Shown: positions 35,122 to 44,307 of the stretch, one piece after another | How positions within the stretch are numbered: position 1 is the first letter of the stretch | Layout of the letters: each line of letters begins with the position of its first letter | Source of the DNA: a virus | DNA length: 45,385 nucleotides | Direction: 5' to 3' (one strand) | UHGV virus genome: UHGV-1373008 | Translations under genes and position numbers: made by a program | Notes under the pieces: generated by a model | What the model saw: only the letters and a program-made list of their open reading frames with translations | What the model was told of the DNA's origin: nothing | The model's database searches: none

Positions 35122-35603
35122 TTACCATGGTTCTCATGAAAATTATACTTAACCTCCGCCTTTCTCCTTGCTTCAGCGGCCATATTTAAGTCAGAAAACA
35201 ATCCAAGATGAATCTTTACGCCATCAACTTTTATGTTTGAGGCCCATTTTTTATGTTGCTTATCCCATGAAACACCAGTAACACCTGATTTGTTTGTCAC
35301 CCTGAACTTCATGTTGTGATTATTCTCTTTTGGAGTGACAAGCCTGAGGTTATCTATCTTATTGTTTGTTTTATTGTGGTCTATATGATCAATCTGCATT
35401 CCGTCAGGAATTTTCCCATTATGCATTTCCCAGATGATGCGATGAACAAGATACTTGAAGCCATAGATTCCAACAATCTTATATCCATTACCTCCTACCG
35501 CCTTCACCTCGCCTCCTATTTTCACTCTGTTTGAGGTTCTTATCTTCCAGTAAATAGCCCCATCACAATAATAAAAAATATCTGACCAATCAGTTATTTT
35601 CAT
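35118..35603 (-). CDS. HNH homing endonuclease with AP2 domain (paralogue 2 of 3)
   Basis: HRIIWEMHNG...IDHIDHNKTNN. AP2-like segment SGVTGVSWDKQHKKWAS. Confidence 0.75.
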   Translation of the reverse strand: MKITDWSDIFYYCDGAIYWKIRTSNRVKIGGEVKAVGGNGYKIVGIYGFKYLVHRIIWEMHNGKIPDGMQIDHIDHNKTNNKIDNLRLVTPKENNHNMKFRVTNKSGVTGVSWDKQHKKWASNIKVDGVKIHLGLFSDLNMAAEARRKAEVKYNFHENHGK

Positions 35604-35724
35604 CGAATGTCACCCCTACCATTGCAAGTAATTTTTTCGCCATCAACTCGGCCTCATCATAGGTAAACCCGCAATCAACGTACAGGTCGATGTAAAATCT
35701 CAAATCAACATCAGTCTCGTTCAT
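35601..35724 (-). CDS. Small hypothetical protein (41 aa), coupled upstream of the HNH gene
   Basis: Open frame overlapping the HNH start. Confidence 0.25.
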
Positions 35725-35752
35725 ATGTCAAACCCTCAATCACCTTATGCTT

Positions 35753-35793
35753 TCAATCTACGTCAGTTTTGCGCCCCCTGTCAATGGTATAAT
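35753..35793. promoter_or_regulatory. Motif copy TCAATCTACGTCAG plus plus-strand extended -10 TGGTATAAT (35785-35793) for the tail-chaperone/tape-measure operon
   Basis: Read directly from the sequence. Confidence 0.5.
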
Positions 35794-35821
35794 TACGTCA
35801 TTGTGAAAACAGGATTTAGAC

Positions 35822-36529
35822 ATGAGACAACGCACACCGCTAACAGAAATCGGAGAGATGCGCATCTCCCTGGCTGACAAGTCTTTTTTCTTCAAGCCAT
35901 CATTTGCGGCGATGAATGATCTTGGTTCACCGAAAGAGATTGTCGAGCTGTACGCTACGCTTAATGGCTATGAATACGCGGCCATACTTGGCGCTATTCA
36001 GTCATTGCCGTATGGAGCGCAGATTCAGGTGGCAAAAATCCTGTCACGCCCTGCCTATGGTAAGAAAGTGCTCAGCGCCGCCTGCCTCATCATGCAGTCC
36101 TGTTGCGATGATGATATCTCGGTGCTCATTGGGTCATGGAAGCCAACTCCGCGCGGTGTGAAGTACGTCACCGGAAGAATGCCAGTAAATGACATTATTA
36201 TTATTGCTCGCAACCTGATGGAGCATGGCATCATCGGCAAGTCTCCACTCAAGGTTCCTCAGCGCTCGGAAAACCAAAAGCGCACAACAAGTGAGTTGAG
36301 AATGTCGGATTACATCATCTCAGCTCGCACCCATTTCGGAATCACCCGTGAGGAAGCCGAAGACCTGACCATGACCGAGTATCAGCAGATGATAAAATCA
36401 AAATACCCGGAACCGGAAGGCATGACGCGCGAGCAGTATGATGCGTCTTATGAGCGGGCCAAGCTGAATAAACAGAAACTGAAAGAGAAAGCCGCCAGAA
36501 AGGCCGCTAAAAGCAAAGGAGCAAAATAA
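35822..36529 (+). CDS. Tail assembly chaperone (gpG/GT-like position)
   Basis: 235 aa, immediately upstream of the tape measure gene. Lys-rich C-terminus. Confidence 0.45.
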   Translation: MRQRTPLTEIGEMRISLADKSFFFKPSFAAMNDLGSPKEIVELYATLNGYEYAAILGAIQSLPYGAQIQVAKILSRPAYGKKVLSAACLIMQSCCDDDISVLIGSWKPTPRGVKYVTGRMPVNDIIIIARNLMEHGIIGKSPLKVPQRSENQKRTTSELRMSDYIISARTHFGITREEAEDLTMTEYQQMIKSKYPEPEGMTREQYDASYERAKLNKQKLKEKAARKAAKSKGAK

Positions 36530-39500
36530 TGGCAGAAACAGTTGGCGGCATTATCTATGAGGTTGGCATTGACACATCTCAGTTAGCAGCTGGTAGTCGT
36601 GAATTGCAGTCAATGCTAAATGGACTTAGCGGGAACATGGGGCGACTTGAGGCCAGTGTAAACAGGACAGAGCGCTCTATTGGATCGATGGAACGAACAA
36701 TGTCCAGCCTTTCTGGCGTTGCCAAGGGATTGTTCGCGGCGCTTTCTGTGCAACAGGTTGCGAGTTACGCCGATGCCTGGACTGAACTAAATAACAAGGT
36801 AGCTAACTCGGTTCGTACTGGAGAGACGCAGACCGAAGTTATGCAGCGGATCTTTGATGTTTCACAAGCAACCCAGTCATCCCTTAACGGCACGGCGACT
36901 CTTTACGCCAGACTTGAGCGAGGAACCAGGGCGTACAACACCAGCGCGGAAGATTTAGTCCGCCTGACCACTATTATCAACCAGGGGTTTGCAGTATCCG
37001 GTGCAACAGCTCAGGAAGCTGAGAACGCAATCATTCAGCTATCACAGGGTATCGCTTCCGGCGTTCTGCGCGGCGAGGAGTTTAACTCAGTGTCAGAGCA
37101 AGGCAGCCGCCTCATGGTAGCTCTGGCTGATTCGATGGGTGTTTCTATCGGTCAGTTGAGGGCTATGGCCGCTCAGGGGCAGCTAACAACAGACGTTGTA
37201 GTTAAGGGGCTTCTGTCACAAGGGGATGCAATCGGCAAAGAATTTGCCAACACCACCGTCTCAATCGCCAAGGGATTGCAGGTAGCCGGTAACAACGTAA
37301 CGAAGTTCTTTGGCGAAAACTCGACGGTTAAATCATTTGCAGCAGGGTTCCGAGACTCTGTCATCACAATAAGTGAGAACCTTGAGACGCTGAGCGGCGC
37401 CCTTATCATTGTAGCTGGCATAATGGGAAGTCGGTATGTTGGCGCGCTGGCAATGTCCACTGCCGCGAAAATATCAGATATAGCGGCATCAAGACAGCAA
37501 TTAATAGCTGAGAATCAGCAGGCACAATCAGCGCTTGTGGCTGCAAATTCCGCGCGGAGGAAGGCGCTGGCTGATAAAGAGGCGGCGCTATCATCTCTGG
37601 CGCTTGCTCAGGCTGAATATAACGTAGCAAAAGGCAGCGCAGCCGAGATGCTGGCGCTTGATGCTCTGGTTGCGGCAAAATCAAGAGCGAGCGCCGCGTC
37701 ACTATCCCTTGCTCAGGCTGAAAACGCACAGGCTGCCGCATCAGCGAGAGCAGCATCAGCGGCAAGGGCCGCATCGGTAGGGATTGGACTTGCCAGAGGT
37801 GCACTTTCATTGATAGGCGGCCCAGCTGGCGCGGCAATGTTAGCGGCGGGGGCAATATTTTACTTCTGGCAGAAAGCGCAGCAAGCCAAAGAAGAAGCAA
37901 TCCGCTTTGCCGATAGCCTGGATAAAGTTAACGCCTCAATGAAGGCGATGAACAATACCCAACTCAGGGGGGCGATAGCTGACGCCAATATTTCAATTAG
38001 GGCGCAAGAGGAAGCTATTAGCGATCTGAAGGACACCATTTCAGACCTGCAATCCGATTACGAGAAATATACAACGCTTGCAAGAAAGTACGGGGTTGCC
38101 GAAGATCAAAATAATGGGTTCGTGATTAAGGCAACGGATGCCGCAGACCAGTTAGCTAAAAAGCGTAGGGATTTAGCTGATGCTGAGGAAAAACTAGCAA
38201 GAACTCAGGACACGGCAGCAGAAGCAAGCAGAACCCTAACAAACAATATGCTCACGTCAATGGGTGTGCATGATGGCCTGATTGAGAAAGGCTCGACTCT
38301 TGAGAGGGTGCAAGGGGCGGTGGCAAGAGCATTTGGATTGACTGCTGATGAGATAAATCGAGCAAACCAAGCCGGGCAAAACTTCAACCCCAAATCTTTG
38401 CAGGTGTCAGCCCCGACAAAAGAAGCAGATAAGATAATTCTCAGTCTTGAGGAGCAGAATCAGCTTTTAAAAATACAGGATGAAAGACAAAGGGCAGTAA
38501 CAAAGGCGAGAATGGAGGCAGCTAAGGTAACTGATAACCCCAATCAGATAGCCAGAGCTGGTGAGCTTGCAGGGCAGATATATGATTTAAATGAGGCCGA
38601 GAAAGCAAGGGAAAAATCGCAAAATGATTCTCAATCAGCGGCCAAAAAAGCAGCCACAGAGCAGGAGAATATCGCCAATAAACTTGAGCAGCTTCGCCAG
38701 AAGTCACTGCTTACCGCTGAAAGTACAAGAGAGCTTAGCCGTGAACAGTCAATACTGGCCGCTCAGCAGTCTCTTGGAAAAGGCGCCACTCAGGAGCAAA
38801 TTAACCTTGCAGGACAATATGCAGCCAAGGCATGGGATAACGCCAACGCGCTCAAGGCTCAGGCAGAGGCGGAGAAAAAAAGAGCCGAAGCTGTAAAAGG
38901 CTTTGCTGCATTAAAATCGCAGACATCCCCAATGTTTGCCGTTGAAACAAATTATCAGAAAGATTTAGCAGCGCTCAATGCTTACGCAGTGGCTTATCCG
39001 CAAAAGATAGCGGAAGTTGAACAGGCCAGAGCAGCAATTGAGGAGCAATACCGCCAGCAGCGCCTCGATGCCATGTGGCAGGAGTGGAGCCAGCAGAATG
39101 CGGCTACGCAAGCGGCGGCGGCTGCATTTGATGCTTTTGGGCAAACCGCAAGCAATGCCCTAACTGGCGTTCTGACTGGCTCAATGTCGGTGAGCGAGGC
39201 CCTACAGTCAATAGGGAGCAATGTGTTAAATGCGGTTATTAACTCTTTCGTTCAGATGGGTGCGGAGTGGCTTAAATCGGTAATCATGGGGCAGGCAGGA
39301 ATGGCAGCAGCATCTGCCGCAACCGCCGCTCAGGCAGCAGGAATAGCAGCGGCTATGGCGCCAGCGGCAGCGATGACATCACTTGCTACGGGTGGCGCTA
39401 ACGCAGTACCTGCACAGGCTGGAATTGTTTCCACCGTTGGTGTGGCTAAAGCAATGTCTGTTGCGGGAGCATTAAAGAATGGTGGGCCTGCTCAGGCTGG

Positions 39501-39810
39501 CTCAATGTATCAGGTCGGTGAGAACAACCTACCTGAAATCTTCCAGGCCAGCAATGGCAATCAGTACATGATACCCGGGGACAACGGAAAGGTTATCAGC
39601 AACAAAGACCTTACCGGCGGTGGCAGTGGCATCATTATTTATAATAATGTCACCAATAACAGCGGCGGAGCAACGGCCTCATCAACAGCAAGAGATAATG
39701 GTGACGGCTCTGTTACAATTGAGACCATCGTTGCCGACATAGAAAATGGCGGCCCTATTTCTCAGGCTATTACCAGCAACACCACTGCAACCAGAAGGGC
39801 AACAGAATAA
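36529..39810 (+). CDS. Tail tape measure protein
   Basis: 1093 aa, A/Q-rich coiled coils. TAATG overlap with the chaperone gene. Confidence 0.85.
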   Translation: MAETVGGIIYEVGIDTSQLAAGSRELQSMLNGLSGNMGRLEASVNRTERSIGSMERTMSSLSGVAKGLFAALSVQQVASYADAWTELNNKVANSVRTGETQTEVMQRIFDVSQATQSSLNGTATLYARLERGTRAYNTSAEDLVRLTTIINQGFAVSGATAQEAENAIIQLSQGIASGVLRGEEFNSVSEQGSRLMVALADSMGVSIGQLRAMAAQGQLTTDVVVKGLLSQGDAIGKEFANTTVSIAKGLQVAGNNVTKFFGENSTVKSFAAGFRDSVITISENLETLSGALIIVAGIMGSRYVGALAMSTAAKISDIAASRQQLIAENQQAQSALVAANSARRKALADKEAALSSLALAQAEYNVAKGSAAEMLALDALVAAKSRASAASLSLAQAENAQAAASARAASAARAASVGIGLARGALSLIGGPAGAAMLAAGAIFYFWQKAQQAKEEAIRFADSLDKVNASMKAMNNTQLRGAIADANISIRAQEEAISDLKDTISDLQSDYEKYTTLARKYGVAEDQNNGFVIKATDAADQLAKKRRDLADAEEKLARTQDTAAEASRTLTNNMLTSMGVHDGLIEKGSTLERVQGAVARAFGLTADEINRANQAGQNFNPKSLQVSAPTKEADKIILSLEEQNQLLKIQDERQRAVTKARMEAAKVTDNPNQIARAGELAGQIYDLNEAEKAREKSQNDSQSAAKKAATEQENIANKLEQLRQKSLLTAESTRELSREQSILAAQQSLGKGATQEQINLAGQYAAKAWDNANALKAQAEAEKKRAEAVKGFAALKSQTSPMFAVETNYQKDLAALNAYAVAYPQKIAEVEQARAAIEEQYRQQRLDAMWQEWSQQNAATQAAAAAFDAFGQTASNALTGVLTGSMSVSEALQSIGSNVLNAVINSFVQMGAEWLKSVIMGQAGMAAASAATAAQAAGIAAAMAPAAAMTSLATGGANAVPAQAGIVSTVGVAKAMSVAGALKNGGPAQAGSMYQVGENNLPEIFQASNGNQYMIPGDNGKVISNKDLTGGGSGIIIYNNVTNNSGGATASSTARDNGDGSVTIETIVADIENGGPISQAITSNTTATRRATE

Positions 39811-40283
39811 TGGCTATAGCTTATCCATCATGGCTACCGCTTGCGCAGCGTGCCAGCAAGAACATGACGACTCAAACCCCATTCCGCAGCGATCAGCCTG
39901 CGGTTGGGGCGCCAATATTTCAAAAGTTAACGACCGATGTTGCAGTAACATGGAGTTTGACATGGGTTTTCACGCTCAGGCAGGAGCGGGCATTTATACA
40001 GTGGTTGAGAAGCCCAAACTATCTCAACAAGTGTAATGAATGGTTCACGATGGATATCGATCTTGGTGGCAGCGGATTACAGAATCAGACTTTGCACTTT
40101 ACTGATTACCCCGTGCAGACAAGCATTAATGGCGGCATCGTCACATGGACTGGAAATGTCATCTGTAAAACCCTCAATAACTCCATGGATGAGTTTGATG
40201 ATGTGCTTGTTGAGCTTGATGAGAGATGGTATAGCTTCCTTGATGAAACTGTAAACAGAGAGCTACCAGAACATAGCGATTAA
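39810..40283 (+). CDS. Minor tail protein (gpM-like position)
   Basis: ATGA-coupled to the tape measure gene; 157 aa. Confidence 0.45.
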   Translation: MAIAYPSWLPLAQRASKNMTTQTPFRSDQPAVGAPIFQKLTTDVAVTWSLTWVFTLRQERAFIQWLRSPNYLNKCNEWFTMDIDLGGSGLQNQTLHFTDYPVQTSINGGIVTWTGNVICKTLNNSMDEFDDVLVELDERWYSFLDETVNRELPEHSD

Positions 40284-40771
40284 CAAAACCTGCTAAATTC
40301 GCCAAAAATAACTTTTGCGGCGTTTACATATGCATCGTGGGCTTGCTTTGGAGACAAGAACAAGCCCAAATATTTCTGCTTCCCATTTATCTTTATGCTT
40401 GCCTGCCACTTACCACTTTGCTTGTGAAAGCTAACACCTTTGTACCCCGAGGTGTTATTCACAGTCTTAATTCTATTCATTGCGTTTTGAGATAGCGTAG
40501 CCTCCCTTAGATTGATGATTCTATTGTCGCTCCTAATGCCATTGATGTGATCTATTGCCCTCGATGGCATCTCGCCATTTACATACAGCCACGCCAAATG
40601 GCTTGCTTGATATCTAACCCCATCAATCATTATTGTGATGTAGCTGCTTTTATTTTTCCTTCCGGCAACATCACCATTTTTCACGGAAAATGATTTATTA
40701 ACAAGCCATCTAAAAACACCGCTATCTGCGTTGTATGATAGTAACGACATAAGCTCTTTTTGCGTAATCAT
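40280..40771 (-). CDS. HNH homing endonuclease with AP2 domain (paralogue 3 of 3)
   Basis: SHLAWLYVNG...IDHINGIRSDNRIINLR. AP2-like segment SGYKGVSFHKQSGKWQAS. Internal ATG with RBS GGAG. Confidence 0.7.
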   Translation of the reverse strand: MITQKELMSLLSYNADSGVFRWLVNKSFSVKNGDVAGRKNKSSYITIMIDGVRYQASHLAWLYVNGEMPSRAIDHINGIRSDNRIINLREATLSQNAMNRIKTVNNTSGYKGVSFHKQSGKWQASIKINGKQKYLGLFLSPKQAHDAYVNAAKVIFGEFSRFC

Positions 40772-40949
40772 GGCTATCTCCAAAAAAGTAACGCCCCTGC
40801 CAGGTGGAACATGGTTGCAACAAAACCATACTGGCAAGGGCGTTAAATTTATTGTTGCTTGCTTGCCGTTTCGGGTTCCACGCCTATGCGACATGAGTAG
40901 TGTATGATATATACATCAGTATTTCAAGATTTCCTCAGGAGTATCCATA

Positions 40950-41420
40950 ATGCCAACATTGCGTGAATACCAGTCGAAAAGGCCAAACTGGAAGCTGTAT
41001 GACACCATAACCTTTTATCATTCTTCATTTGGTTACGTCCGGCTGGTTGGCAATGAGTTTTCTGATATTGTACTTGGCGGCCAGACTTACCAGCCAGTGC
41101 GTATGGATGTAACCAGAAGCCAGCAATCGAACACGCCGGTAATAAATGCCACGCTGAAGTTTGCTCGACTGGCAAATGACTTTAAACAATATTTAAAGTT
41201 ATGGTCAGGTTCTGGACGCATTGAGCCTATCACTGCTTTATACCAGCGTTTTGATGAGACTGACAAAAGCACACCATTAAAGCCATATACGCTTTATGTG
41301 AACGATGTGACGCTTGATCAGTCTGATGTAACTGTCTCCATCTCCATAAAGAACCCAATCAATGGCAACGTGGCAAAACTTTATGACATCACAGAATTCC
41401 CCGGACTGCGTACCGTTTGA
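40950..41420 (+). CDS. Minor tail protein L-like
   Basis: 156 aa. Segment [15 protein letters not shown] resembles the lambda gpL core; position. Confidence 0.45.
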   Translation: MPTLREYQSKRPNWKLYDTITFYHSSFGYVRLVGNEFSDIVLGGQTYQPVRMDVTRSQQSNTPVINATLKFARLANDFKQYLKLWSGSGRIEPITALYQRFDETDKSTPLKPYTLYVNDVTLDQSDVTVSISIKNPINGNVAKLYDITEFPGLRTV

Positions 41421-41436
41421 CGATTTTGAGCGGCTG

Positions 41437-41841
41437 ATGGCTGGAAAACCATATGTTGACAGATGCTGTCACGTTGATGCAGTTGACTGCTGGGGTCTGG
41501 TGGTGCTTTTCTATCGCCTTTGTATGAATGTCAATGTTCATCACGATAATTCATATTCAAGTGGCGGAGATTTTGTCACTTGTTTCAATGGGGAAGTTTC
41601 ATTCTGGAAAGACACAGACCGGCCAAAAATTGGCGATGTGGTGGTTGCCTATCGCGGGAGTCATCCGGTACATGTCGCGCTGTGGTGGGGTCGTGATAAA
41701 ATACTGCATGCGCGAGAAAAAACGGCAGTCAAGACCGACCGCCTTAAAACACTCGAAAAACTATCAACAAAATTAAGGTTCCTGACTTATGCCGGTTATT
41801 CACATCCAGAAGATGCCAGGTGTTCCAAAAGAGACGGGTAA
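41437..41841 (+). CDS. Tail assembly protein K-like NlpC/P60 peptidase
   Basis: Catalytic Cys in DCWGLVV and a His in [10 protein letters not shown]. The start is uncertain (41362 is the alternative). Confidence 0.55.
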   Translation: MAGKPYVDRCCHVDAVDCWGLVVLFYRLCMNVNVHHDNSYSSGGDFVTCFNGEVSFWKDTDRPKIGDVVVAYRGSHPVHVALWWGRDKILHAREKTAVKTDRLKTLEKLSTKLRFLTYAGYSHPEDARCSKRDG

Positions 41842-44269
41842 TGTTCCTGCTGGCACTAATCTGTGGAGATGGCTGGAGAATTCCGGCCTTCCATCTGATA
41901 TCAGGATTGCGCTGAATGGCCGCATTTTTGGCCCTGATGATGAATTGTCGATATCGTTAAAGCAAAACGATATTGTTAACATTTACTGTCAGCCTCACGG
42001 CGCCATTGGCGATCTTATCAGCACGATACTCAAGCCTGTAACTAAGGTTCTTTCTTTTCTGCTGCCAAAAGCATCAACGCCATCAACCAGCACTGGCACG
42101 ACGGTTGAATCACCCAATAACAGCCTGAAATCGCAAACCAATATTGCGCGAAATGGAGAGGCAAGACCTGACAACTTCGGACAGATAAGGGCATTCCCTG
42201 ACCTGATTCAGGAATCGCTTTTTGAATACATTGACGACCTTAAATACGTCACTGAGTTCATGAACTTTGGCCTTGGGAAATACACCATTTCATCGGTTCG
42301 CTATGCGGAAACTAATCTTGGTTCTCTGCCAGGGGCCACTCATGTCATCTACAATCCAGGTGATGTGATTGGACAAATCATTGAGCCTTACCAGTTCGAC
42401 GGACTTGATGGTCAGGAGGTTCCAGGACTGAACGAATCAGAAGATACCCCGATAGAGACAGCGACCACAACATCTGTTACCAGTGGTGATTATGCTGGCG
42501 GTCAGCTGTTAATGGTCATACCAAAAAACACTGATTTCGATTACTTTATGGGGTTGTCTTTGCCTCACTCAGTGTCATTAACAATAAACATTACCTACAA
42601 CTCGACATCCGGGCCAGTTACTGAAAATATTCAACTCAGTGGCAACATCATTTCAGCTGAGGAAACTGAGACGGGAGTAATTCCTGATATTCAGTATTTT
42701 TATAATTTCACCTTCAATAACCTGACCGGCGCAAATCTTGGCAACCTGAGCGGCGCAACCATCAACAACACTTATTTTCAGATTGTGGATAATGAGGCGC
42801 TTGTTGTTGGCCCATATGTTGGGGCTGTGGAATCAACGCAGGTATGGGTTCATGTTCAGTCTGAGCTTGGGCCTACCAGTGGTACGGTAGATTATCTGAT
42901 CAAGGTATGGGCGGTTGATGATAATGGAGATGCCATTCCAGGAACTGAGGAGCAGCTTGCAGACAGTATTGACAACCCATTCAATCAGACAACCAAAACC
43001 TATTATCGCACGTATAAGTTAACTCCTGCTCATGGGCTGGCTAAGTATGCCATCAGCATTGAAAGGACAAACAACTCAAACTCTGGCAACCGCGTAACGT
43101 TGCAGGCGGCGCATGCCATCAATATCCGTGAAAACGTGGTTTATCCAGATGACACTCTGGTTAAAGTGACAGTGAAGGCCACGCTTCAGCCCACATCAGT
43201 TACTGAGCGCAAATATAATGCGCTGATCACCCGATGGACTATCGGATACAACAGAATGACCGGGGCAGTCGACTATACGTTAACTCCATCAAGAAGTTTT
43301 GCAGATTCAGTGCTGCATAACTGGCTTATTACTGCTGGTCAGCCTGAAAGCACCATTGACATAGGAAGGCTCTATGAAATAGCTGATGCGCTGCCTGATG
43401 AGCGTCTTGGGTATTTTGATTACACATTTGATGATGAGGATAAATCGATCGGCGAACGAATTCAGACCATCTGTGATGCAGCTCGCGTAACGGTTTTTTG
43501 GGATGATGGCGTTTTATCTTTTTCAAGAGATGAGCAAAAATCAACTCCTGAAACCGTGTTCAATACCAGAAATACGAAAGCTGATGGCTATAAAATGTCT
43601 TATGACATGACTTTACCGGGGTCATATGATGGCGTAAGTGTTCAGTACCGCGACCCAAACACCAACAAACAGGCTTACGTTTATTATAAAGTTGGCGCTT
43701 CTGGTATCGAACCGGGAGAGCCAACTAAGCCTAAAAAATTCGACATGCTATATGTTCGAAACCTGTACCAGGCAACAGACCGAGCCATGCTTGAGTGCAA
43801 TCGTCTGATGTACTCACGCAGAGGGATGGAGATAAAGGCACTTGCTGATGGCGAGTGGGTAAACGTTGGCGATATGATTTCCGTTGTCGACATTTATGAC
43901 TCAGTGCAGCAGACTGGCGTTATCCGTTCAAGGTCTGGAAACGTATTTACCACCAGTGAACAGCTTACGGCGGGAAGTGGCCTATTTGTGGTTATCACCG
44001 GCGCCAATGGGAATGTGTCAGAACGCCTGGCTTGCACCATTACTGGATTGAATACATTCGAATGTGCATTACCATCTGATTTCGAGTTAAACATTTTTGA
44101 CGGTGTTAATGTTCAGTCAGAATCAAGATATGCCATCTCAACAGAGGTTGAGCTTGACTCAACTTTATGGACAGTCAGCCAGAAAACTCCAGGCACAGAT
44201 GGCGCAGTGTCTCTCACAGTAACTGAGTACAATGACGCCATGTACGCCTACACCAACCCTGTTGCATGA
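41789..44269 (+). CDS. Tail tip / central fiber host-specificity protein (gpI-like N-terminus fused to a gpJ-like body)
   Basis: 826 aa. Position after the K-like gene. N-terminal ubiquitin-like gpI-type segment. Confidence 0.55.
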   Translation: MPVIHIQKMPGVPKETGNVPAGTNLWRWLENSGLPSDIRIALNGRIFGPDDELSISLKQNDIVNIYCQPHGAIGDLISTILKPVTKVLSFLLPKASTPSTSTGTTVESPNNSLKSQTNIARNGEARPDNFGQIRAFPDLIQESLFEYIDDLKYVTEFMNFGLGKYTISSVRYAETNLGSLPGATHVIYNPGDVIGQIIEPYQFDGLDGQEVPGLNESEDTPIETATTTSVTSGDYAGGQLLMVIPKNTDFDYFMGLSLPHSVSLTINITYNSTSGPVTENIQLSGNIISAEETETGVIPDIQYFYNFTFNNLTGANLGNLSGATINNTYFQIVDNEALVVGPYVGAVESTQVWVHVQSELGPTSGTVDYLIKVWAVDDNGDAIPGTEEQLADSIDNPFNQTTKTYYRTYKLTPAHGLAKYAISIERTNNSNSGNRVTLQAAHAINIRENVVYPDDTLVKVTVKATLQPTSVTERKYNALITRWTIGYNRMTGAVDYTLTPSRSFADSVLHNWLITAGQPESTIDIGRLYEIADALPDERLGYFDYTFDDEDKSIGERIQTICDAARVTVFWDDGVLSFSRDEQKSTPETVFNTRNTKADGYKMSYDMTLPGSYDGVSVQYRDPNTNKQAYVYYKVGASGIEPGEPTKPKKFDMLYVRNLYQATDRAMLECNRLMYSRRGMEIKALADGEWVNVGDMISVVDIYDSVQQTGVIRSRSGNVFTTSEQLTAGSGLFVVITGANGNVSERLACTITGLNTFECALPSDFELNIFDGVNVQSESRYAISTEVELDSTLWTVSQKTPGTDGAVSLTVTEYNDAMYAYTNPVA

Positions 44270-44307
44270 TACAATAGGGCAATTAATGATTACGGAGAAT
44301 GCAGCCG

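Noticed and set aside
37173-37900. Minus-strand ORFs inside the tape measure gene. The same applies to 38205..38393, 38522..38707 and 38994..39221.
   Set aside because: They fall within a long, confidently called plus-strand gene. The A/Q-rich repeats produce long antisense open frames by chance.
41362-41436. Longer N-terminal extension of the NlpC/P60 gene starting at 41362
   Set aside because: It would overlap the preceding gene by 58 nt and lacks an RBS. The internal ATG at 41437 follows the upstream stop, so I chose that, with low certainty.
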